Assembly (NCBI GenBank): GCA_964010795.1
Contig: CAXGMH010000003.1
Span: forward strand, 1-62,266
Source: an uncultured Alphaproteobacteria bacterium
GTDB lineage: Bacteria; Pseudomonadota; Alphaproteobacteria; Micavibrionales; UBA9664
Direction of reading: 5' to 3'
DNA: 62,266 nucleotides
Shown here piece after piece: positions 29,001 through 38,741 of the stretch. Positions within the stretch are counted from its first letter, which is position 1; every line of letters starts with the position of its first letter. The position numbers were made by a program, and so were the translations under genes. The notes below the pieces were generated by a model. It did no database searches. It saw only the letters and a list, made by a program, of their open reading frames with translations, and was not told the DNA's origin.

Positions 29001-29898
29001 CTAAGTCGCGCCATGTTTTTACCCTTGAAGTATCGGGTTGAGGCTGAGGCTTGGGCGGCAATATGAGGTCATCGACAGCACTGGTGAAATGCGTCTCAAA
29101 AATATAGGCTGTTTGCTCTGCGGGTAACAGCCGTATGATATCAAGATCATTTTTTAAGCCTGCTGAATTAATACGGTCAGTATAGCGCGCGGCAATACGC
29201 TGCGCGCATCCATATGTGGGATGCTCGTTGTGGATTTTTTGCCTGCTTAGTATGTGTTCCAACTCATATTCGAAAATATGTATGCCTTCATGGAATAGTG
29301 TAGAAAGCATATCATACGGTCGGTGGCTTAATCTTTCGAAATTTAAAGACACGTTATAATTACACGTATTGCCAGTGGAATAATAACCATCATAAAAAGC
29401 CTGGCCTAATGTGAGAGGGTCGTCTTTTAATTTGCTAAAGCTTGGGGGTTTATAGTCCGGATTAAGCCGAGCTATATCAAAAGCACTGCGCAGACAGTCA
29501 AGTTGTAGGTTTAGGAGCTTCTTTAATATATAGATGTCTGCTTTGGAACCCGAGATTGTGTCTTTTGAGAATAGCCCCTGAACCTCTGATAAGAGGGAGG
29601 TATCATTCCCGAGTCTTTTACGCATCATAGTGCAGGCTTGCGTCATTTTCTCATCATAGATTTCAGGCATTTTCAGCTTTTCCAGAAAGACACGCAGGGA
29701 CGGGCCCAAGACAGCTTTCGCTATGCTTTTGCCTTTCTCATTTTGATAAAATGATATGTATTCGCGTATCATGTGGCTGCTGAGCAGCGCTGCGTTTACG
29801 AAGATGTGTGTGGGCAAAGGGGTTGGTTGTTCCATGATGGGCGAAACGGCCGTTTTCCATTCTTTTGCCAGTTCTATGGTTTCGTATATAATGCTCAT
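28981..29898 (-). CDS. Hypothetical protein with HExxH motif
   Basis: STLFHEGIHIFE, downstream EQTA. Confidence 0.65.
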   Translation of the reverse strand: MSIIYETIELAKEWKTAVSPIMEQPTPLPTHIFVNAALLSSHMIREYISFYQNEKGKSIAKAVLGPSLRVFLEKLKMPEIYDEKMTQACTMMRKRLGNDTSLLSEVQGLFSKDTISGSKADIYILKKLLNLQLDCLRSAFDIARLNPDYKPPSFSKLKDDPLTLGQAFYDGYYSTGNTCNYNVSLNFERLSHRPYDMLSTLFHEGIHIFEYELEHILSRQKIHNEHPTYGCAQRIAARYTDRINSAGLKNDLDIIRLLPAEQTAYIFETHFTSAVDDLILPPKPQPQPDTSRVKTWRDLATRLAP

Positions 29899-30001
29899 GA
29901 GAAAGGCTTAGCATATCCATAATAATATAATCAACAAAGTTGACATATTGCTTTGCGCGTTGTATTGCTGAGATGGTAAAGCATAAATAAAGGAGCGCGT
30001 A

Positions 30002-30457
30002 ATGGCGAAATTTGGAATGGCATTGGCGACGACAGCAGTAGCAGCTTTTGGTTTGGTTGCTTGTATGCCTGCAGAGAGTGAATATTCAGAGCCTGTGCAA
30101 GCAGATTACAGAGTGTTTCCTGTACATAGTGGTGATATTGAGGCGCGTGTTGTTGAGAGTTTATATCAAGACTGTGATTTGACGGCTCCTGTAAGTGTTA
30201 TTTTTGCCGATGCAGGATATTCTTCTACTGCATTTTCGCGTGAAGGCTTGACTGTGCAACACGCACTTAACCTTGCTTTGGTCGGGCGGAGTGTTACGGC
30301 ATATGATGAGAGTATGCAGCGTCTGGCTTACTTCGAGGTGGCTTACGTTTCAGCTCGCATGAATGAGAGCGGTGAAAGAATTAGGATTGTACCTATCCAT
30401 AACTATTCATGCGCCGGCGCCGCTGAAAGGTCGTCTGTTCCGTCTTTGGGGCATTAA
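30002..30457 (+). CDS. Orphan lipoprotein
   Basis: Lipobox LVAC, AAGGAG RBS. Confidence 0.7.
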   Translation: MAKFGMALATTAVAAFGLVACMPAESEYSEPVQADYRVFPVHSGDIEARVVESLYQDCDLTAPVSVIFADAGYSSTAFSREGLTVQHALNLALVGRSVTAYDESMQRLAYFEVAYVSARMNESGERIRIVPIHNYSCAGAAERSSVPSLGH

Positions 30458-30485
30458 ATTAATACGTTTATATGAATAAAATCCG

Positions 30486-30530
30486 GTTCTCTGAATTATA
30501 TTTTCTACAGATAAATATAATTCAGAGAAC
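30486..30530. repeat. Perfect 18-bp inverted repeat
   Basis: gttctctgaattatattt / aaatataattcagagaac with 9-nt spacer. Confidence 0.85.
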
Positions 30531-30643
30531 ATTGTTTCTTTTCTTAAAGAGTAAACTTAAATTTTTTTTCCATAAAATTATTGACAGATGCAATCTTAAT
30601 AGGTTAATTTTCTTAAATTAAAGGGTTAATCAAGGAGGTTGTT

Positions 30644-31027
30644 ATGAATACAAAGATGATTATTAGCGGTGTTGTTGCTTTGGGTGGCGCGTTTGCCTTG
30701 GTGGCATGTAGTGATAATGGAGAGGAGATGAGCCCTTATGCTCAGATGCTCAATGAAATTCCTGAGGCAGATTGGTCACGCCCTGTCGACCATGCCATTA
30801 TTTCCGGTGATCCTTACGTAATTGATCTGAATGGTTTGACGCTAAGAGATTGTTATAATCTTGGTAGACACTGGTCTACAGCTAATACCGTACGGTGTAT
30901 GGGAGGCGAAGATGGAAGTGAAGACAAAATAGCTCACTTTTATTTCGCTGGGTTCCCGCACAGGGAAGAAGGGCTTCAAGGGTATAGTTATACGCCTATG
31001 GATGCTCCATCTCGGTCTGTACCCTAA
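30644..31027 (+). CDS. Orphan lipoprotein
   Basis: Lipobox LVAC, AAGGAGG RBS. Confidence 0.7.
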   Translation: MNTKMIISGVVALGGAFALVACSDNGEEMSPYAQMLNEIPEADWSRPVDHAIISGDPYVIDLNGLTLRDCYNLGRHWSTANTVRCMGGEDGSEDKIAHFYFAGFPHREEGLQGYSYTPMDAPSRSVP

Positions 31028-31050
31028 GCGCTTCTCAAGTATAGCGGTTT

Positions 31051-32922
31051 TTAAGAGGCCATCACTTTATTGAGGCGTTTTGTAAAGGCTGTCGGATCCT
31101 TCGGGAGTTCGCCTTGCAGAATGCGCGCCTGATCGTAAAGCATCCAGATCGCGTCCTCTTCGACCGCATCTCCTCGTTCGGCGAGAGATTTTATCAATGG
31201 GTGCTTGGGATTGAGCTCTAGGATGCGTTTGCTTTGCGGGTCATAGTTTTGGTGAATTTTCATGATGTTTTCCGCGTGCATATCTGTCTGTCCATCGGGC
31301 ACGACAAAACAAACGGGGCTGTCTTCAAGACGTTTGGATAGCCGCACATTATGCACATCATTGATGAGAAGCTGTTGAGCCTTCTCGATCAATGTTGAGA
31401 ATATACTTTCTTCTGGCGTGTCGCTTTTGCTTTCGTCTGAGGGCTCTTCGCTTTTGTCATCGAATTTGTCCAGCTCACCGCTGCCTTGTGTGATGGATTG
31501 GAAAGATAGGCCATCATACTGGAAACCTTGCTGTAGCCAGAAGGGGTCGATCTTGTCGGTCATATATAAAACCGGTACGCCACGCTTTTTGAAGCCTTCC
31601 ATTTGTGGCGCTTGTGCGACCTGTTCGGCTGTCTCTCCGGTGATGTAATAAATTTTATCCTGACCATCTTTCATCGCTTTGCGGTAATCTTCGAGAGATT
31701 GCCATCCTTCGGCAAATGATCCTTTAAAGCGGCATAGTTTTAAGATAGCGTCGCGGTGCTCGGCTGCGTCATACAGACCTTCTTTGACGACTGCGCCGAA
31801 GCTGTCCCAAAAAGTTGAGAAATCATCGGGCTTTTTCTCAGCCAGTTTAGCCAGCTCGGCAAGTATCTTTTTTGTCAATCCCGAGCGGATTTTGTTAACC
31901 ACAGGATTGGTTTGCAGCATCTCTCGGCTGATATTGAGAGGCAGGTCTTGGGAATCGACAACGCCGCGTACAAAGCGTAGCCAAGGATAGATCAGCCCTT
32001 CACAATTGTCTGTGATAAGCACACGCTTAACATAGAGTTTAACGTTGTGCGCCTTGGCCGGATCATATAGGTCAAAAGGACGCATCGTTGGTAAATAGAG
32101 CAAAGCGCTATATTCAATCACACCTTCTGCGCGCCAATGCAATGTCAGGAGCGGACTGTCAAAGGCAGCACCAAAGCTTTGGTAGAAATTTTGGTGCTGC
32201 TCTTCGGTGACGTCTGACTTCGGACGTTGCCATAAGGCATTGGCCTGATTAAGCGGGTTTTCACCCTCATTTAAGTAAACGGGGAGGTCAATATGGTCAG
32301 AATAGCGAGAGACGATATAGTGAATTCTGCTTTCCTCGAGGTAATCAACGTGATCGTCGCTCAGATGCAAGACAATCACTGTGCCTTGCTCGGCCGTAAG
32401 AAGGGATGCTTGGTCTTTGTTCGCACTATCGAGGCTATAGCCGTCTTTGCCTTCTGATTGCCAGTGCCAGATATCAGCCTCGCCAGCTTTGCGCGAGATG
32501 ACTTCGACTTTGTTTGCAACCATAAAGCTTGCGTAGAACCCGACTCCGAATTGACCGATCAGAGAGAGTTTCTCTTCTTCTGATTTCGCAGCCCTCTGGC
32601 TTTCTAAAGCCTCCATAATTCTCGCTGTGCCCGAGCGCGCAATCGTGCCGATATTGTCGATCAGATCCTGTTTGTTCATACCGATACCGTTATCGATAAT
32701 CGTCAGGGTTTTTGCCGCTCTGTCGGTTTTGATGTCGATGCGAAGTTCGGCAGGGGCATTGATATTTTTTTGTGTGAGTGCTTCATAGCGTAGTCGAGAG
32801 CAAGCGTCAGAAGCGTTTGAGACAAGCTCGCGCAGGAAGACTTCTGTATTTGAATAAAGTGCATGGGTTACGATATCGAGGATTTTGGAAATGTCGGTTT
32901 CAAAATGATGTTGTTCTGCCAT
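31051..32922 (-). CDS. htpG: Hsp90 chaperone
   Basis: FLRELVSNASDA, DNGIGM, IGQFGVGFY, LPLNISRE, LELNPKHP. Confidence 0.97.
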   Translation of the reverse strand: MAEQHHFETDISKILDIVTHALYSNTEVFLRELVSNASDACSRLRYEALTQKNINAPAELRIDIKTDRAAKTLTIIDNGIGMNKQDLIDNIGTIARSGTARIMEALESQRAAKSEEEKLSLIGQFGVGFYASFMVANKVEVISRKAGEADIWHWQSEGKDGYSLDSANKDQASLLTAEQGTVIVLHLSDDHVDYLEESRIHYIVSRYSDHIDLPVYLNEGENPLNQANALWQRPKSDVTEEQHQNFYQSFGAAFDSPLLTLHWRAEGVIEYSALLYLPTMRPFDLYDPAKAHNVKLYVKRVLITDNCEGLIYPWLRFVRGVVDSQDLPLNISREMLQTNPVVNKIRSGLTKKILAELAKLAEKKPDDFSTFWDSFGAVVKEGLYDAAEHRDAILKLCRFKGSFAEGWQSLEDYRKAMKDGQDKIYYITGETAEQVAQAPQMEGFKKRGVPVLYMTDKIDPFWLQQGFQYDGLSFQSITQGSGELDKFDDKSEEPSDESKSDTPEESIFSTLIEKAQQLLINDVHNVRLSKRLEDSPVCFVVPDGQTDMHAENIMKIHQNYDPQSKRILELNPKHPLIKSLAERGDAVEEDAIWMLYDQARILQGELPKDPTAFTKRLNKVMAS

Positions 32923-32983
32923 GCTCTAAACTCCTTCTTCACCATAAACTATGAGGCTCAAAATAGTCATTCGGTCTGAGAAA

Positions 32984-33595
32984 TCAAGGGTAAAGGCGCT
33001 GTGTGTCCCAGCCTGTTTTGCTGCCTTGGCCGGGAAGGAAGATGAAGCGGTTGTGGCGGCGATATTCAAATTCTTCCCAAAATTCAAAACGGGTGGGTTT
33101 TAAGCGAAAACCTGACCAGAAAGGCGGCTTTGGAATAATATTTTGTCCTTGGAACTTTTCTTCGAATGTTTTGATCTCGGCTTCAAATGTCTCGCGGCTT
33201 TGCAGAGGTCGGGATTGTCTGGATGCCCATGCGCTTATACGGCTTCCTCTTGGTCGGCCATTGTAATAGTTTTGCGCTTGCTTCTCTGTGACTTGCTCAA
33301 TATCGCCTTCGATGCGGATTTGCCGCTTGAGAGATTTCCAGTGAAAACAAAGGGCTGCTTGGGGCTCGGCTTTTAATTCTTCACCTTTGCGGCTTTCGAG
33401 ATTGGTGTAGAAGACAAAACCTGTTTCGTCATATTCCTTGAGTAAGACGATGCGCACAGAGGGGCGGGGCTTGCCGCTCTCATCGTAGCCGACAGTGGCA
33501 AGCGACATCGCATTGGGATCGGATGGCTCGAGCGGTATGACGTCTTCGTACCAATTATGGAACAAATCAAATGGTGAAATGTTGGTGTCAATCAT
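32984..33595 (-). CDS. pdxH: Pyridoxamine 5'-phosphate oxidase
   Basis: PNAMSLAT, RIVLLK, FYTN..SRK, WASRQS, EFW. Confidence 0.95.
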   Translation of the reverse strand: MIDTNISPFDLFHNWYEDVIPLEPSDPNAMSLATVGYDESGKPRPSVRIVLLKEYDETGFVFYTNLESRKGEELKAEPQAALCFHWKSLKRQIRIEGDIEQVTEKQAQNYYNGRPRGSRISAWASRQSRPLQSRETFEAEIKTFEEKFQGQNIIPKPPFWSGFRLKPTRFEFWEEFEYRRHNRFIFLPGQGSKTGWDTQRLYP

Positions 33596-33662
33596 GTAAT
33601 CAACCCTTACTATTTTAAAAATAAGCTATATATTTGATGGAATAAAACAATAGGAGAAAGTT

Positions 33663-34139
33663 ATGAAGGCTTTTAAATTCTTTACAGTTGCGGCATTGGT
33701 ATTTGCCCTCGGTGCGTGCCAGACATTGCAAAATAGCGGGACAAAAGAAACCGTCGGTGGCGCTACAGGTGCGGTTATCGGCGGGGTGCTTGGTTCAAAT
33801 GTCGGTGGCGGTTCAGGCCAGCTTTGGGCGACGGGTGCCGGTGCCTTGATTGGTGCATTGGTCGGCTCTGAGGTGGGGCGTTCTCTTGACCGTGCAGACC
33901 GTGCGGCTTTGTCACAGGCGAATGACCGTGCGTTGAAGGCGCCAATCGGCGAAACGATTACATGGAATAACCCTGATAGCGGTAATTATGGAACAGTGAC
34001 GCCTGTGCGTGACGGAACAGCCGCAAGCGGCGCATATTGCCGTGAATATCAACAGGAAATCATCGTCGGTGGAACTCGTGAGGTCGGTTATGGTACGGCC
34101 TGTCGTCAAGAAGATGGTAGCTGGAAAATCGTTGACTAA
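33663..34139 (+). CDS. 17-kDa surface-antigen-like glycine-zipper lipoprotein
   Basis: LGAC lipobox, glycine zipper, WNNPDSG, CREYQQ, ACRQEDGSW. Confidence 0.9.
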   Translation: MKAFKFFTVAALVFALGACQTLQNSGTKETVGGATGAVIGGVLGSNVGGGSGQLWATGAGALIGALVGSEVGRSLDRADRAALSQANDRALKAPIGETITWNNPDSGNYGTVTPVRDGTAASGAYCREYQQEIIVGGTREVGYGTACRQEDGSWKIVD

Positions 34140-34169
34140 TCTTCACGTATAGCGTGACCACATAAATCT

Positions 34170-35765
34170 TTAGGAGCCTGACCCTTCATCTTTATCCTCG
34201 CGGATGACTTTGAGGTCGGGTTTTTTATGTCTGCTGCCAGAGGTGCTGTTGCCAAATCCCGGTGTAGAAGGAGCACTAATCTTTGGCGTTACAGCCATAT
34301 CTTGTTTTTTCTCAATGCTCATATCGGGGCCGGCAGGTGCGAAATCAGTTTTAAGCGCTGTTGGCATAGACTGCATGGACGGCTCATTGGCAATTTCAAG
34401 CTTGGCCAGATAGCCGGGATCTTGAATTGTCAGCAGAATTGAATCCAGAATAAAACCGAAATCAGGGCGGGTTTTGGCCAGCTCTTCGGCATCTTCTAGG
34501 GTAATAATTCCTTTTCTGCGGCCTGTCTTTACAAGCGTTTCGCTGAATTCTGATAAAGAGCTCCATAGACGGTCTTGCTGGTTCTCCATAAATTCAGAGC
34601 GCACAATATCCATTACTTCCATGCCTTTGGAACGGGCTTTGTCAAAGGCTTGCCCCGCAGCTTGTAATGCGTTCGCGCACCAGCCGATAACGCGGCCGCG
34701 TGTTAAATCCAGATTTTGTTCATTGGCCATGTCATATAAAGGTCGTGCGGTGTCTTCGTTCAAGGCTTTGCGTAATACATCATCAAACAGGCCGTCTATC
34801 GCCTTCTTATGGGCTTTAAAATTTTGCTCTTGTCCGGCAAAAGCATTGAATTCGAGCAAGTCGGATATATCGCGTTTTGGCGATATATGCAGCAGGTCGG
34901 ACATCATCATCCCCAATGCGCGCACATGGGGGTCGTCACTTGTGTTAATGGCACAGCTCAGGATCTGGTCGGCTTTTGAGCCGCGCCATGCCATGTCTTG
35001 TGCCGGACGGGCAAAGCTCCACCACTGATGGATTTGCGAAACTTCGAATGTTTTGATAACGCGATTGACGATCTGTCTCGCTGTAACCATGGGTTGCGTA
35101 TTGGTCGGGCGTGACATTTGATCTTCATAGGCAAATTGCAACGCTTCCATAGCCATAATATAAGGGTATTCTTCAGGCAGAAATTTTGTTTTCGGCGCGA
35201 GAGCCCCTTGACCGCGTATCTCGGCAAGTTGTTCTAACGCCCTTTCATTGCCCTGAAGCGCTTGTACCAATGCAGCGAACATATCTGCTTTGAGGCTGGC
35301 GTGAGATCTTGCAAGAGCTTTATGTGCGGATAAAAGCGGAATCGCTCGTTCGCTTTTTTGGTCTAGCTTTTTGCTGTAACGATCGGCCATGTCCAGCCCC
35401 GCGCTGATTGCGCGTAGCAGTGCTAAGCGAAAAGAGCTGCCTTTGCTTGTCTCGCGCAAATTGATAGCGATAATAAAACTATGATGATTGCTGTGTTTTA
35501 GGCCGAATAGGCCTGCTTTTGTCTGTGCAGTAATGCCGAGCAGGTGATGATGCGGGCGCAAAGGTGATTTGCGGCAAATATAGCGCATGGCTTTATGGTT
35601 GTCTGCGTTTGTGCTTTCATGTTCTAGCACAAAGTTTTCCAGCGCCTCGCGTTCCAGCGTGCCGTTAAAGGGATATAAGATGACCTTAATCCCTTTAAAC
35701 TGTTTCTCAGCCGATTGGATGATCGGTTCGGCCTGCTTTAACGCTTGTTCTTTCGATAATTGCAT
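34170..35765 (-). CDS. Hypothetical protein
   Basis: 531-aa ORF, no recognised motif. Confidence 0.7.
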   Translation of the reverse strand: MQLSKEQALKQAEPIIQSAEKQFKGIKVILYPFNGTLEREALENFVLEHESTNADNHKAMRYICRKSPLRPHHHLLGITAQTKAGLFGLKHSNHHSFIIAINLRETSKGSSFRLALLRAISAGLDMADRYSKKLDQKSERAIPLLSAHKALARSHASLKADMFAALVQALQGNERALEQLAEIRGQGALAPKTKFLPEEYPYIMAMEALQFAYEDQMSRPTNTQPMVTARQIVNRVIKTFEVSQIHQWWSFARPAQDMAWRGSKADQILSCAINTSDDPHVRALGMMMSDLLHISPKRDISDLLEFNAFAGQEQNFKAHKKAIDGLFDDVLRKALNEDTARPLYDMANEQNLDLTRGRVIGWCANALQAAGQAFDKARSKGMEVMDIVRSEFMENQQDRLWSSLSEFSETLVKTGRRKGIITLEDAEELAKTRPDFGFILDSILLTIQDPGYLAKLEIANEPSMQSMPTALKTDFAPAGPDMSIEKKQDMAVTPKISAPSTPGFGNSTSGSRHKKPDLKVIREDKDEGSGS

Positions 35766-35931
35766 CTTATTTTCCTACACACTCAAGCCCCACTATAAGT
35801 TGAGATGGTTAATATCTGGTAAGGAAAGACTAAAATTCGATCTTTTTTGTTGGCAAGCTCTCTAAAGGCTGGACGGATCAAGAATTATCAGTAGGATATG
35901 GGGAGTTTAATATGAAGACAGGATTATCGAT

Positions 35932-36786
35932 ATGAGTGATATGGGAACATTAATGAAGGGCAAAAAAGGGCTGGTTATGGGCGTGGCCAATGACCGTTCA
36001 ATCGCGTGGGGAATTGCCAAGGCTGCGGCAGATCAGGGCGCGGAACTTGCTTTTTCTTATCAGGGTGAAGCACTGGAGCGCCGTGTGAAGCCTTTGGCGG
36101 AAAGTGTCGGGTCTGACTTTCTGTTATCTTGTGATGTAACTGATGAGGCGAGTATCGAACGCACATTCGAAGAAGTTAAAGAGCGTTGGGGCGGTCTTGA
36201 CTTTGTTGTTCATGCGATCGCCTTTTCCGATAAGCGCGAACTTGATGGCCGTTACGTTGATACAACACGCAGCAACTTCCTGAGAACGATGGATATCTCT
36301 GTTTATTCCTTTACAGCAGTTGCTCAAAAGGCTTTGCCTTTGATGAATGAGGGCGGCTCACTTGTGACGCTGACTTATTATGGCGCTGAACGCGTGATGC
36401 CACACTACAATGTTATGGGTGTTGCCAAGGCTGCTTTGGAGGCATCTGTTCGTTATCTTGCAACGGATCTTGGCGCAGAAGGCATCCGCGTTAATGCGAT
36501 CTCTGCCGGTCCAATCAAGACCTTGGCTGCAAGCGGCATTGGTGATTTCCGCTATATTTTGAAATGGAACGAATTGAATGCGCCGCTACAACGCAATGTC
36601 ACAATTGAAGATGTCGGGCGTTCCGGCCTTTACCTTCTCTCTGACCTTGGTTCTGGTGTCACTGGCGAAGTTCTGCACGTTGATGCAGGGTATCACACAG
36701 TCGGTATGGTTGCCGTTGATAATGCGCAAGCAACATCCGAGCTATTGAGTGCGATGAATCCCAAAAAAGGCGATGAAGCCGCCTAA
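35932..36786 (+). CDS. fabI: Enoyl-ACP reductase
   Basis: GVANDRSIAWGIA, YNVMGVAKAALE, ISAGPIKTLA. Confidence 0.97.
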   Translation: MSDMGTLMKGKKGLVMGVANDRSIAWGIAKAAADQGAELAFSYQGEALERRVKPLAESVGSDFLLSCDVTDEASIERTFEEVKERWGGLDFVVHAIAFSDKRELDGRYVDTTRSNFLRTMDISVYSFTAVAQKALPLMNEGGSLVTLTYYGAERVMPHYNVMGVAKAALEASVRYLATDLGAEGIRVNAISAGPIKTLAASGIGDFRYILKWNELNAPLQRNVTIEDVGRSGLYLLSDLGSGVTGEVLHVDAGYHTVGMVAVDNAQATSELLSAMNPKKGDEAA

Positions 36787-36794
36787 GGAACCAG

Positions 36795-38693
36795 ATGCGC
36801 CGCACTATTCGCAAAAAGCCGTTTCAAGAAACACCGCTTAACATTACGGTTCAAAGCAGTACGAAAGGCTGGAGAGAGAAAGCATTGGGGCTTGTTACCC
36901 GCTTTTTCACTGGCTTGGGCGTTTTGTTCTTTATTATGATTTTGGGCTACGGGACGTTGCTGCTGTATCTTTTCCAGTCGCAAACCCCGAGTGTGCCGGA
37001 CTCATTCGTTTTGACGATGGAGTTCAGCGGGAGTCTGCCCGAGACTGATCGTGTCGCAGGTTTAGGTTTTGGTCCTGTGCAGCCGTCACTGCAAACGATG
37101 CTTGAAACGCTTGAGACAGCGCGTCGTGATGCCGCTGTTAAGGGAATCGTTGCGCGCATTAGCGCCAATCAATATTCGATGGCACAGCTTTATGATTTGA
37201 TGGGGGCGATTAGGCGTTTCCGCGAGAGCGGGAAGTTTACCTATGTCATAAGTGACAGCTATGGTGAAGACGGCAGCGGTATGAGTGAATATCTGCTCGC
37301 ATCTGCGTTCGAGAATATATGGCTGCAACCTGTCGGCACGGTTGATATTAGCGGTTTTAATTTACGCTCTCCTTATATCAACGCCTTGTTAGAACGCTTT
37401 AATATAACGCCGTCTTTCTTTAAGCGCGAAGGCTATAAAAGTATGGCCGAAACATTCCAGCGTGAAGGGATGAGCCCTGAAAATAAAGAACAAATGCAAG
37501 CGCTTTTGGATGTGTTTGTTGATGAATTTGCGCAGACTGTGGTTGTGAACCGCGGAATGAATGCGCAAACAGTTAAAGACGCGATTAAGCAAGCGCCGCT
37601 TCTGGATAAAACGGCACAGCGTTTGGGCTTTGTTGACCAAGTAGGTTATATCGATCAATTGTTTACCGAAGTTAAGACCTTCCACGATTTCGATAATACG
37701 CAAGAAGGCGACTATATCGGTGTCGGTCATTACCGAGCAGCACGCGAAATACATGGGCGGGCACAGATGGATATTTTGCCAACCAGGAAAAAGGATGCCG
37801 CTAAGGCGGGCGAGCGTGCCCGGGTCGCAAGAATTGTAATGGAAGGTGCGATCATGTCCGGTCGGTCTTCGGATCAGGGCGGACCGTTATCAGATGCACA
37901 GATGACGTTTTCGCGTGATTATGTCAGTGCGATTATGAAAGCTGCTCAGGATGAAGATATCAAGGCATTATTCGTAAGAATAAACAGCCCCGGCGGCTCT
38001 CCTGTCGCATCGGAAAGCATTCGAAGAGCTTTGCAATATGCCTCCGATGTTGCCGGCAAGCCTGTGATTGTCTCTATGGGTTCTGTCGCAGCATCTGGTG
38101 GTTATTGGGTGGCGACCGCCGCCGATCAAATTCTGGTTGCTCCGACAACGGTCACGGGCTCTATTGGTGTTGTTGCCGGAAAGTTTGTCGTTGACGATTT
38201 GCTTGATGAATATGGCGTTGCTTTTGAGGGTGTGCAATATGGGCCGCAATCCGATCTTTACTCACCGCTAACACCGTTTGACGAAGGCGATGTCGAGGTC
38301 ATGAACCGCTATCTTGACGATATTTATGGTGCGTTCCTGGAGCGTGTTTCTATGGGACGAGACATGACCGTGGAAGAGGCTCGAGAGCTGGCTCAGGGGC
38401 GTGTATGGGCAGGCAAGACTGCAGTGGAGAATGGCTTGGCCGATCAGATCGGTGGCTTGTATGAGGCCAAAATTGCGATTGCGCAAGCACTGGACATACC
38501 GGCCGACCAGATTGTTATGCGTGACTATCCTGAAACCAAGTCACCCTTTGAGCAGATATTGGGACTTTTTTCCGGTGAGTGGACGATCCAAATGCCGTTA
38601 TCACGTATTTTGTCGCATTTGGCGACACAGATCGCTCTGGCGGAACAACCGCAAGCCCGCACCCTTTTGATGGATCAAACGGTTGCACCTTAA
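36795..38693 (+). CDS. sppA: Signal peptide peptidase, 67K type
   Basis: Two S49 domains; INSPGGS, AASGGY, TGSIGV, QGRVW. Confidence 0.92.
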   Translation: MRRTIRKKPFQETPLNITVQSSTKGWREKALGLVTRFFTGLGVLFFIMILGYGTLLLYLFQSQTPSVPDSFVLTMEFSGSLPETDRVAGLGFGPVQPSLQTMLETLETARRDAAVKGIVARISANQYSMAQLYDLMGAIRRFRESGKFTYVISDSYGEDGSGMSEYLLASAFENIWLQPVGTVDISGFNLRSPYINALLERFNITPSFFKREGYKSMAETFQREGMSPENKEQMQALLDVFVDEFAQTVVVNRGMNAQTVKDAIKQAPLLDKTAQRLGFVDQVGYIDQLFTEVKTFHDFDNTQEGDYIGVGHYRAAREIHGRAQMDILPTRKKDAAKAGERARVARIVMEGAIMSGRSSDQGGPLSDAQMTFSRDYVSAIMKAAQDEDIKALFVRINSPGGSPVASESIRRALQYASDVAGKPVIVSMGSVAASGGYWVATAADQILVAPTTVTGSIGVVAGKFVVDDLLDEYGVAFEGVQYGPQSDLYSPLTPFDEGDVEVMNRYLDDIYGAFLERVSMGRDMTVEEARELAQGRVWAGKTAVENGLADQIGGLYEAKIAIAQALDIPADQIVMRDYPETKSPFEQILGLFSGEWTIQMPLSRILSHLATQIALAEQPQARTLLMDQTVAP

Positions 38694-38741
38694 TTGATTT
38701 GAGCAGATTTGTGGAGCTGGTCTAACTTGGCTTAGCTGTTG

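Noticed and set aside
30596-30630. Multiple TTAA units as CtrA box
   Set aside because: No pair has the N7 spacing
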